Assembly: GCA_902634185.1 (NCBI GenBank) | Contig: CACPJC010000001.1 | Coordinates: 32,001-96,000 of the forward strand | Reading direction: 5' to 3' | DNA from: an uncultured Candidatus Actinomarina sp. | GTDB taxonomy: Bacteria; Actinomycetota; Acidimicrobiia; Actinomarinales; Actinomarinaceae | DNA: 64,000 nucleotides | Shown here: positions 39,501 through 46,600 of the stretch, one piece after another | Numbering within the stretch: position 1 is the stretch's first letter | How the letters are laid out: every line of letters begins with the position of its first letter | The notes under the pieces: model-generated | Told to the model about the DNA's origin: nothing | Database searches by the model: none | What the model saw: only the letters and a program-made list of their open reading frames with translations | Made by a program: the position numbers and the translations under genes

Positions 39501-39673
39501 TAAGAAATAATGTAACCGTAGATTGGTCAGTAAGGGAATCTGTCCGTGCAAGATTAAGACTTTTAGTAAAAAATCTATTGAGAAAATATAAATACCCGCC
39601 AGATAGCCAAGATGAAGCGGTTGAATTAGTTTTATCTCAAGCAGAAACTATTTCTAAAGAACTAGTTTCTTAA
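36575..39673 (+). CDS. hsdR: Type I RM restriction subunit
   Basis: RIPDVIVFVNGLPLGVIELK, WHTQGAGKS, DEAHRTQYG, DMWLTGFD, QAIARVNR. Confidence 0.97.
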   Translation: MNIITEEQLEQLCIDWFVELGYKYKDGHDIAPESNNPERDDFRKVVLEDRLKSSLIRINPDIPIETINNASSEILNPNLPGLLQSNREMHKLMTKGLKITFTEDNQEVGKQLKLIDYDNVENNDWLIVNQFEVQGDQRLRIPDVIVFVNGLPLGVIELKNPADENTDIWAAYNQLQTYKDNIPDLFNTNGVLVISDGIQARMGSLTANQERFMRWRTIDGETVDPLGEYQDLETLIKGLFNKEIFLNYIKYFCIFEDDKSIIKKIAGYHQYHASQKALENVVKASKEDGDKKGGVVWHTQGAGKSLEMTCLAGQLLSDIRLGNPTIVMVTDRQDLDGQLFGVFNDAGDLLGESPKQANSIKELKELLSDRPSGGIIFTTIQKFRSEKDEERFSVLTDRHNVVVMCDEAHRTQYGFKGVIDQKTGQMKYGLARALRDALPNATFIAFTGTPISQEDRDTQAVFGEYVDVYDIQQAVEDGATVPIYYESRLAKIKLNESKATLIDEEVEDIFEDGIEDDEQQEKAKSRWSQIEALVGAQPRLEEVSKDLIEHYETRSKTQPGKALVVGMSRDICARLYDEIIKIRPEWHNDDNNKGSIKVVMTASAADEKHLQPHHTSKQQKKDLEKRFKDPSDELKIVIVRDMWLTGFDAPCLTTMYVDKPMKGANLAQAIARVNRVFADKPGGLIVDYIGIAPQLKEALATYSAAKGKGRPTVDTSEALRILEEKLMVARDLLHPVDWSDFKNNALKLLPECIDHVLEQEDGRKRYCDTVLTITKSFALCGATDEAMKFSEEVAFHQAITAPLIKTEKKGGRGEYKDIDFELKQLISESLVVEDVADIFKIAGLEKLDISILSEEFLKEVQKMPYKDLAVELLQRLINDEVKSKFRTNLVKQRKFSDLLTNSLIKYNNRSIEAAQVIEELVAMANEFKKDLEKSKELNLSSAENAFYDALSNNKSAEELMGEEVLVKIAVEIAEKLRNNVTVDWSVRESVRARLRLLVKNLLRKYKYPPDSQDEAVELVLSQAETISKELVS

Positions 39674-39768
39674 TTTTTGCATATCCGCGGTAATAAAATG
39701 TTCTTTATAACTGCCAAAACTGCCAAAAGTAAATTAGGTCGTCTGAAAACAACCTGTACAATATATAT

Positions 39769-41610
39769 ATGGATAAAAGAATATCTAAATCATTCAGGGT
39801 CATTTTTTCCAGTTTGTACCCAAATTTCAATGAAGAAGAAGCAAAAAACTCTGAAAAATACTTTAATTTCATCCTTGCAAATTTTCCTGATAGATCAGAA
39901 ATCACATTACTAAAAATTGTCTTTTTTATCTTTTCTTTTGGAATAAGAAAAGTGTTCATAAAAGACAAAAATATTCCTAAATTTGTACAAAATCTACAAA
40001 ACTCGAACCTATCATTAATCAGAAAACTCGGTTCAGGTATGACAGCATTATTTGGATTGAGCACGGCCAGGTCACTTGATGGTGAGGGCTCTGTATATAA
40101 ACATCTTGATTATCCGATCTATAAAAATACAACAATTGAAAAAAAAGATATATCAATTCCAAAAAGTATCGAAGTAGCAGTGATTGGAAGTGGTTCTGGT
40201 GGAGGTGTAGCAGCCAATATTCTCAATGAAAAATATGAAGTAGGTCTCTTCGAAAAAGGAAGTTATGGCAATGGTCAGACAAATAATGAAACATTCGGAT
40301 ATCACAACTTCTATGACACTAACGGAATACAACAAACGAGAGGATATAAAGTCTTACTTTTAGCTGGAATGGGAATTGGTGGAGGTACCAGTGTAAATTG
40401 GACTACTTCTCTTCGAACACCTGACAAGATATTAAGTGAATGGGACTCGCTTACAGGACAAGACAACTATTTCAATTCCAGTGAATTTAAAAACAGTATG
40501 GATTATGTCTGTAAAGAATTAAATGTTGATGTAGAAAATAATCGAATCCCACAAAAAGAAGAGAAATTGGCAGAGGGTTTAGAGCTTAATGATCTAAGTT
40601 ATAAAATTATCCCGAGGAATACCAGTAATGCAGATTGCACAGAATCTGGCTTCAGTACTTTTGGTCGTTACGACGAAAGTATAAACTCCACTAACAAAGT
40701 TTGGTTTTCAGAAGATAAATTTGAACCCAACAATGTGTTCAGTGATACAAATATCAAAAGCCTTGATATATCAAATGGAAAAGCAACACACATTAATGTT
40801 GAAAATAATGGGACATTACATAAAGTTGGCGTTGATAAGGTGATTCTTGCTGCTGGTTCCCTCAATACACCTAAAATATTGCTTGATAGTGGATATAGAA
40901 ATAAACATCTTGGTCATAATTTAAAACTACATCCTGTTTCAGGTGTTGCCGGTAAATTCTCGGATGAACAGAAACCATGGGCAGGGACAATGCAGGGTAT
41001 TTATTCAGATGATAATTTGTTTATGAAAGATAATTATGGATACCTGTTGGAAGGGCTTCCAATGCATCCAAGTCTTTTCTTTCCGTTTTTTCCAAATAAC
41101 ACAGATAAATTTGATGATTTTGTTGAAAGTTACAATCATTGGTCTGGAGGAATAGTTCTAACATCAGACACAAGCTCTGGGTCTATCATCAATAAGAACC
41201 CCCAACATTTATGGGATTATAATTTAAACGATTTTGATCATAAGAATTTGATGCATGGAATTGAAAACCTTGTGCGAGCAAATTATTTAGCCGGTGCAGA
41301 AGAGATCATGGTTGCAGCCTCTCCTACAATGCATTGGAAAAAATCATCAAATATAGATATCGAAGCATTCATTAATGACATCAGAGCAATAAAAAATCAG
41401 CCTTTTAGAATGCTACTTGGTTCAGCGCACCAAATGGGAACTGCAAGAATAAATCCAGATCCAAATCTAGGAGTTACTGATATTGATGGAAAAGTACATG
41501 GATTAGATAATGTTTACATTGTTGACTCATCGGTGTTTCCTAGATGTTCTGGGGTGAATCCAATGGTGACTATACAGTCAACAAGTCATTTTTTAACGTC
41601 GAAAATTTAA
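39769..41610 (+). CDS. GMC oxidoreductase (long-chain alcohol oxidase-like)
   Basis: VIGSGSGGG, GGGTSVNW, NLKLHP, SAHQMGT, GVNPMVTI. Confidence 0.88.
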   Translation: MDKRISKSFRVIFSSLYPNFNEEEAKNSEKYFNFILANFPDRSEITLLKIVFFIFSFGIRKVFIKDKNIPKFVQNLQNSNLSLIRKLGSGMTALFGLSTARSLDGEGSVYKHLDYPIYKNTTIEKKDISIPKSIEVAVIGSGSGGGVAANILNEKYEVGLFEKGSYGNGQTNNETFGYHNFYDTNGIQQTRGYKVLLLAGMGIGGGTSVNWTTSLRTPDKILSEWDSLTGQDNYFNSSEFKNSMDYVCKELNVDVENNRIPQKEEKLAEGLELNDLSYKIIPRNTSNADCTESGFSTFGRYDESINSTNKVWFSEDKFEPNNVFSDTNIKSLDISNGKATHINVENNGTLHKVGVDKVILAAGSLNTPKILLDSGYRNKHLGHNLKLHPVSGVAGKFSDEQKPWAGTMQGIYSDDNLFMKDNYGYLLEGLPMHPSLFFPFFPNNTDKFDDFVESYNHWSGGIVLTSDTSSGSIINKNPQHLWDYNLNDFDHKNLMHGIENLVRANYLAGAEEIMVAASPTMHWKKSSNIDIEAFINDIRAIKNQPFRMLLGSAHQMGTARINPDPNLGVTDIDGKVHGLDNVYIVDSSVFPRCSGVNPMVTIQSTSHFLTSKI

Positions 41611-41611
41611 T

Positions 41612-42115
41612 TTACGGATAGTTCTTATCAGGTATAAAAAATGTCTGAGCCCTGGCTTGACCTAAGTTTATAAACAATCCAGAAGATTCAACATGCACTT
41701 CTTCACCAGAGAATATTATTGATTCGGTATAAACTTTTTTTCCATCAATCTCTTTAACCCAAGCACTTAATTCAAACTCTTCTTCAACTGGACATGGTGA
41801 TCTATAGTTCACTTCAAGATTGGCTGTCACACACCAGAGGTTGTGGGTAACGGTTGCATACCCCATCATTTCATCTAATACTGTTGAAAGTATCCCACCA
41901 TGTACCAGACCGGGTCCTCCCTCAAATCTTTTCTCAAATATATATTTAGCATATATTTTTTGATCTTTGATTACAGGAACCATTTTCATGCTCTGGGGGT
42001 TTTCTACGCCACTTACAAATGAAGAGTCTGGATATATATCTTGCAAAACAGTTCCCTCAGACCATCCAGGGCTTGTAATTTCTAAATTGTCTCCAGTTAT
42101 GAATTTATAGTCCAT
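41612..42115 (-). CDS. PaaI family thioesterase
   Basis: EGGPGLVHGGILSTVLDE, TANLEVNYRSP. Confidence 0.88.
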   Translation of the reverse strand: MDYKFITGDNLEITSPGWSEGTVLQDIYPDSSFVSGVENPQSMKMVPVIKDQKIYAKYIFEKRFEGGPGLVHGGILSTVLDEMMGYATVTHNLWCVTANLEVNYRSPCPVEEEFELSAWVKEIDGKKVYTESIIFSGEEVHVESSGLFINLGQARAQTFFIPDKNYP

Positions 42116-42729
42116 TATTTGTTTTTAAGTTCTTTTCTTAATGACTCACTAACTATAGCATTTGTTAGATCTGACCTTGTTCTCTCTATGATTGCTCTGG
42201 CGGTATCAGCGTACCTCCTAAGACCACCAGTCAAAGCATCCGGGTAATCTAGCTCGTTAAAGATTTCCATAGAGGCCTCCATAATAGCCAAATACTTCTC
42301 ACCTTCTTCAATCTCTAGTTTTCTGAGACTATCCAAGACTTTTCTTCTCCACTCTCCGATTGCATCACCAAGTCCCTGTATGTAGTTTGAGGCAGAGACA
42401 TTCATCCCCTCAAATTCGAGAAGTGCATTGGTTTTCTCGAATTCGAAAACTAAAAATGCCTCGATTAACTCCCTTTCCGAGTCATTAACATAACCTGCAA
42501 ATCGCAATTCTGGAATATCTTTCAAAGAAGAGCGTAAATCTTGATAATTTTTATTTGCCTCGTCTAAATGTTGTTTAGCCTCGTCTAGATTGTTACGATG
42601 GACGTTCCTTATCGACTTAGAACAAGATTTTATGATCTCTCTGGAGAGTTTTAGGGACTGTTCTCTAATATCGTTTAATTTATCAAACTCTTTAACGAGA
42701 CTATTGGTAATCTGCTCAGGTGTTTTCAA
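42115..42729 (-). CDS. Translin/Trax (C3PO)-family protein
   Basis: REQSLKLSREII, ELIEA, YIQGLGDAIGEWRR, GLRRYADTARAIIERTR; TTG start. Confidence 0.85.
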   Translation of the reverse strand: MKTPEQITNSLVKEFDKLNDIREQSLKLSREIIKSCSKSIRNVHRNNLDEAKQHLDEANKNYQDLRSSLKDIPELRFAGYVNDSERELIEAFLVFEFEKTNALLEFEGMNVSASNYIQGLGDAIGEWRRKVLDSLRKLEIEEGEKYLAIMEASMEIFNELDYPDALTGGLRRYADTARAIIERTRSDLTNAIVSESLRKELKNK

Positions 42730-42732
42730 GTT

Positions 42733-43107
42733 TTAAACAGCTTCTTTGAAGTAGCTTTCTTCCTCTACCGTATTTTCTACTTGATTGCCCATGGTTAGAT
42801 TATTTTGTACCTGCATGGATCTTCTTACCTGAAAGGAGAGGAACGCATAAATACCAAATACGCAATCAAGAACAAGATGAAAAATAAATAATGGGACAGA
42901 CATGGTCTGTATAGACACAAAGAAAGTGGAGACTGCAAGTAGTCCTAGTACTAGATACCCTCTTCTTTGCCTATTCACCATGGAGTCATATTCAGGAGAG
43001 ATAATATAGGCATAACTGTTTTGATTTTTGGAAATCTGAATCTCAGGAAGTATCACTGCCATCGATAGTGATAAAAGTAGCCCTATTAAAATTAATGTTG
43101 AACTCAT
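42733..43107 (-). CDS. Small membrane protein, possibly SepX/GlpR-like
   Basis: N-terminal TM, RQRR followed by two TM helices; family assignment weak. Confidence 0.4.
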   Translation of the reverse strand: MSSTLILIGLLLSLSMAVILPEIQISKNQNSYAYIISPEYDSMVNRQRRGYLVLGLLAVSTFFVSIQTMSVPLFIFHLVLDCVFGIYAFLSFQVRRSMQVQNNLTMGNQVENTVEEESYFKEAV

Positions 43108-43168
43108 TGCCCTGCCTCAACTCTTCTTAGAAATATATTACAACAAATCTAATTTATATTCTTAAGTT

Positions 43169-43768
43169 TCAGAATTTATTCTCGTCGCCTTTTGATAGTC
43201 GGGATAGATTTTCTCGATGCTGATAGAAAATTAGTAACAAAATAAATACTTGAAACCCAACGATGTAAATTTCTGGTGATTGAAAAATGACATAAAGTGC
43301 ACCAACTGAGCATGTAAACAGACTTGATATTGCTGAAATTCTAAAAATGAAGAATATTCCAAAATAAAGTGCGATAAATCCAAAAATTAGGGCAATTTCC
43401 CAAAATAAAAACCCTAAATCTGGTGCAAGAAAGACAATATATCCTATTACTGTCCCTAAATACGTTGCTACGCCCTTTCCTCCTTTAAATCCATAAAATA
43501 TTGGAAAACAATGCCCTATTACGGCGAGAGATGCATAGATTAATGTCTCTAATTCACCTCCAAAAATCATAAATGGAGCAATTCCCTTAAATAAATCTCC
43601 GACGAGTACGATTATCGCGTATTTTTTTCCGAGTGCTCGCAAAACGTTTGAGGAACCTGGATTTCCACTTCCAATTTCTTGAATATTGATATTTTTGAAT
43701 TTTGCAACAATATAAGCAAAATTGATTGAACCTATTAGATAGCTTGCAATTACGGGAACAATGCTCAT
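43169..43768 (-). CDS. plsY: Glycerol-3-phosphate acyltransferase PlsY
   Basis: SYLIGSI, GSGNPGSSNV, GHCFPIF..FKGGKGVAT, HRENLSRL. Confidence 0.95.
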   Translation of the reverse strand: MSIVPVIASYLIGSINFAYIVAKFKNINIQEIGSGNPGSSNVLRALGKKYAIIVLVGDLFKGIAPFMIFGGELETLIYASLAVIGHCFPIFYGFKGGKGVATYLGTVIGYIVFLAPDLGFLFWEIALIFGFIALYFGIFFIFRISAISSLFTCSVGALYVIFQSPEIYIVGFQVFILLLIFYQHRENLSRLSKGDENKF

Positions 43769-43848
43769 GATTAGATTCTACTTACTTAAATTTAAATAAG
43801 TTTTTATTCCATTGATGTATTTTTAATTTATTGTAGATATTGGTAAAG

Positions 43849-43998
43849 ATGAATATAGAGAGCTGTTCAAAAAGAAGATTTAAATCTGAAAATGAGGCAC
43901 GAAAAGAAAGAGGATGGGCTGAGTCAGAGTACAATCAGAAATTCAATATTTATAGATGTGGTGATTGCAACGACTGGCATTTAGCTAGTATAAAATAG
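43849..43998 (+). CDS. 49-aa Zn-finger microprotein (below the ORF-track cutoff)
   Basis: MNIESCSKRRFKSENEARKERGWAESEYNQKFNIYRCGDCNDWHLASIK; stop abuts the uppP ATG. Confidence 0.7.
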   Translation: MNIESCSKRRFKSENEARKERGWAESEYNQKFNIYRCGDCNDWHLASIK

Positions 43999-44754
43999 AT
44001 GCTTGAAATTTTAACTGGTGTTTTACAGGGACTAACAGAATTTTTACCGATATCATCAAGTGGTCACCTCGTCATTATTTCGTCATTAAGTTCTGAACTC
44101 GACTTAAACACAAATGACATTGCCTTCTTACACATTGGTACATTATTCTCAATAGTATTTTTCTACCGAAAGAGAATTTTCGAGATATTTGAAGATTTAG
44201 ATACTTTTGTCTTTTATTTCAAAATAATTCTTGCTGGTATTATTCCAGCGGTTCTCATCGGTTTACTGACACCTATACAAAATATCATCGATGATAGTCC
44301 CGACCTTATTCTTATCACAGGAGCTTCATACTTGATTTTTTCATTACTCCTAATTTTTTCAGGAAAAATAAATAATAGTGAGGCATTAAGCATCAGAGAT
44401 ATAACCGTCAGCCAAGCATTTGTTATTGGGATCGCTCAATCTATTGCATTACTTCCAGGAGTTTCACGATCTGGTGTAACTTTATTGACAGCTATTTATC
44501 TCGGGGTAAAAAAAGCCGATGCAATTTATTATTCACTCTTGCTAGGTATTCCAACAATATTTGGAGCATGGAGCTTAACCTTTATTAATGGTTCCTTTCA
44601 AGTAAACACAAATATTGTTCTTCCAACAATTGTTGCTATGTTTACTGGACTACTTGCGATAAGAGTTTTAATTAATTTTACAACCAGTTCAAAACTGCAA
44701 TATTTTGGTTATTACTGTCTATTACTTTCCGTGTTCTGTTTTATAGCTAATTAA
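43999..44754 (+). CDS. uppP: Undecaprenyl-diphosphate phosphatase
   Basis: QGLTEFLPISSSGH, PGVSRSG. Confidence 0.95.
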   Translation: MLEILTGVLQGLTEFLPISSSGHLVIISSLSSELDLNTNDIAFLHIGTLFSIVFFYRKRIFEIFEDLDTFVFYFKIILAGIIPAVLIGLLTPIQNIIDDSPDLILITGASYLIFSLLLIFSGKINNSEALSIRDITVSQAFVIGIAQSIALLPGVSRSGVTLLTAIYLGVKKADAIYYSLLLGIPTIFGAWSLTFINGSFQVNTNIVLPTIVAMFTGLLAIRVLINFTTSSKLQYFGYYCLLLSVFCFIAN

Positions 44755-45775
44755 TTTTTAGGTCAATTGGTTTTTTCTTAGGAGCAATGGCATTAATTGC
44801 ATTGACCATTTCCTCGACAACTTTGAAATCATTATCTGCACCAAATTCGAGAAGTTTTCCATCCTCTGAATATTTTGATACAGAATCATATAACGGAAGA
44901 CTACCAATAAATTCGACACCTAGGTTCTTTGAGAGTTCCTCTCCCCCGCCTTTACCAAACGGATATAGTTTCTCACTCCCATTCTCTAAATAAGACATAT
45001 TTTCAATAACACCAATGATGCTTGAGTTCACTTTCTTCGACATAATTCCTGCTCTCTCTGCAACGGTTGTTGCATTACTTTGAGGTGTCGTAACAATGAT
45101 CGTTTCATAAAAGTTAAGAAATTGAGAAAGGGATATCGAGACATCACCTGTTCCGGGTGGCATATCGATAAGTAAGATATCTATATCCTGCCATAAAACT
45201 TCATACAGGAATTGTTCAATAGCCTTATGAAGCATTGGCCCTCTCCAAATTACTGCCTCATCTTGTTTTACGAAGTACTCCATTGAGATAACGCTGAGAT
45301 CATTTATTTTTGATGGGAAAATTCTGTTATTGAATGGGATTGGAGGAAATTTTGCTCCCAACATTTTTGGTATTGAATATCCCCAGATATCAGCATCAAG
45401 AATTCCAACTTTTTTTCCTTGTTTTGCAAAAGCCATTCCAAGAAGAGATGAAATAGTTGATTTTCCAACGCCACCTTTTCCAGAAGAGATACCAATAATT
45501 CTCTTACCTTTGCTAAAGTCTTTTTTTGCATCCTCTACAGATAGATCTGCTTTCACTAATTTTGATGCAGATTCAATATCTATTGTGGTTGGCTCAATAA
45601 ACTTAATTTTTATCTTTTCATCAACAGTTTTTACAAGCTCTTCAACAGCTGAACGAACCCAATCTATATTGAAGTAATCAATAACCTCTAATTGATTACT
45701 TTTGTTTAATGTAAAGCACTCAAGCTCTCCAAATGTCTTATTGAATCCAGGATAAATAAGTTTTTCAAATTCCAT
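44747..45775 (-). CDS. mrp: Mrp/ApbC Fe-S cluster carrier ATPase
   Basis: SGKGGVGKS, DADIWGYS, VIWRGPM, DMPPGTGD, ENMS. Start 45775 assumed. Confidence 0.92.
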   Translation of the reverse strand: MEFEKLIYPGFNKTFGELECFTLNKSNQLEVIDYFNIDWVRSAVEELVKTVDEKIKIKFIEPTTIDIESASKLVKADLSVEDAKKDFSKGKRIIGISSGKGGVGKSTISSLLGMAFAKQGKKVGILDADIWGYSIPKMLGAKFPPIPFNNRIFPSKINDLSVISMEYFVKQDEAVIWRGPMLHKAIEQFLYEVLWQDIDILLIDMPPGTGDVSISLSQFLNFYETIIVTTPQSNATTVAERAGIMSKKVNSSIIGVIENMSYLENGSEKLYPFGKGGGEELSKNLGVEFIGSLPLYDSVSKYSEDGKLLEFGADNDFKVVEEMVNAINAIAPKKKPIDLKIN

Positions 45776-45816
45776 ACTTATGTATTGTATGTTCAATACT
45801 TTATTAAATTAAACTT

Positions 45817-46308
45817 ATGTTGAAAAGAAATTTTATCCTATTGTCCTTAGTCGGACTAGTTCTTGTAATCTCAACAACATTTGAAGAAGAAAATACTGAT
45901 GTCGAAGTGCTACCAAACAATGAAAATTTAGACCTATCTATTCCTTTTGAAAATCTAAATGCGAATATTGTGCTTACAAGCGAGGAATATATTGTTATAA
46001 ACCTCTGGGCGACTTGGTGCACGCCATGTATCGAAGAAGTGGGATATCTTCAAAAATTAAATGAACTGGGTGAATTTGTTGTAGTTGGATTGTTGGTCGA
46101 TGATTCTGAGACAAATGCAATTGAATTTATAAAAGAATATAACTTAACGTATGAAAATATTTTGTCGGAAGAAAAAGTTGAATTATTCATTGCTCAATTT
46201 TTCTGGAGTGGACTTCCTACAACTCTATTATTAAACAAAGACTTTGTTGTAATCAATACATTTAATGGTCCTATAACGGATGAGATGATTATTGATTATG
46301 TCAATTAG
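45817..46308 (+). CDS. TlpA/ResA-like thioredoxin
   Basis: N-terminal anchor, NLWATWCTPC, GLPTT. Confidence 0.88.
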   Translation: MLKRNFILLSLVGLVLVISTTFEEENTDVEVLPNNENLDLSIPFENLNANIVLTSEEYIVINLWATWCTPCIEEVGYLQKLNELGEFVVVGLLVDDSETNAIEFIKEYNLTYENILSEEKVELFIAQFFWSGLPTTLLLNKDFVVINTFNGPITDEMIIDYVN

Positions 46309-46339
46309 AACTAATACAGTTTCTGCTTATAATTAAATA

Positions 46340-46477
46340 ATGGATGCAATAATCATTTGGCGAATTGTCCTCGTTCTTGGGACACTTGGATTTTTAGGCG
46401 CAATGGGTATATTCACTTTAAAACTTATTGCTGCATCTACTGGAAGAAAACGACTTATAGATTTATTTATAAGATGA
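46340..46477 (+). CDS. 45-aa single-TM microprotein (not in the ORF track)
   Basis: MDAIIIWRIVLVLGTLGFLGAMGIFTLKLIAASTGRKRLIDLFIR; TATAAT 6 nt upstream; fills the gap up to tRNA-Met. Confidence 0.6.
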   Translation: MDAIIIWRIVLVLGTLGFLGAMGIFTLKLIAASTGRKRLIDLFIR

Positions 46478-46479
46478 TT

Positions 46480-46556
46480 TGGTAGCGGGGGTAGGATTTG
46501 AACCTACGACCTCTGGGTTATGAGCCCAGCGAGCTACCAGACTGCTCCACCCCGCG
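46480..46556 (-). tRNA. tRNA-fMet(CAT), initiator
   Basis: CGCGGGGTGGAGCAGTCTGGTAGCTCGCTGGGCT-CAT-AACCCAG...; C1-A72 mismatch, GGG/CCC anticodon stem, encoded CCA. Confidence 0.96.
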
Positions 46557-46600
46557 CTGAATACCAATAGTAATTAAGAATTTATTTAACTCAAGTTTTT

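Noticed and set aside
33794-39673. Phase-variable (shufflon or SSR) type I RM
   Set aside because: Single hsdS, no recombinase, no silent TRD copies and no convincing simple-repeat tract; the short A-runs are expected at this AT content.
39709-39726. Tandem AACTGCCAA x2 at the right island edge
   Set aside because: Only two 9-bp units, and no matching copy seen at the left edge, so no support as an att site or target duplication.
39677-40064. ORFs 39677-39913 (+) and 39705-40064 (-)
   Set aside because: They overlap the GMC oxidoreductase gene and its promoter; no motifs.
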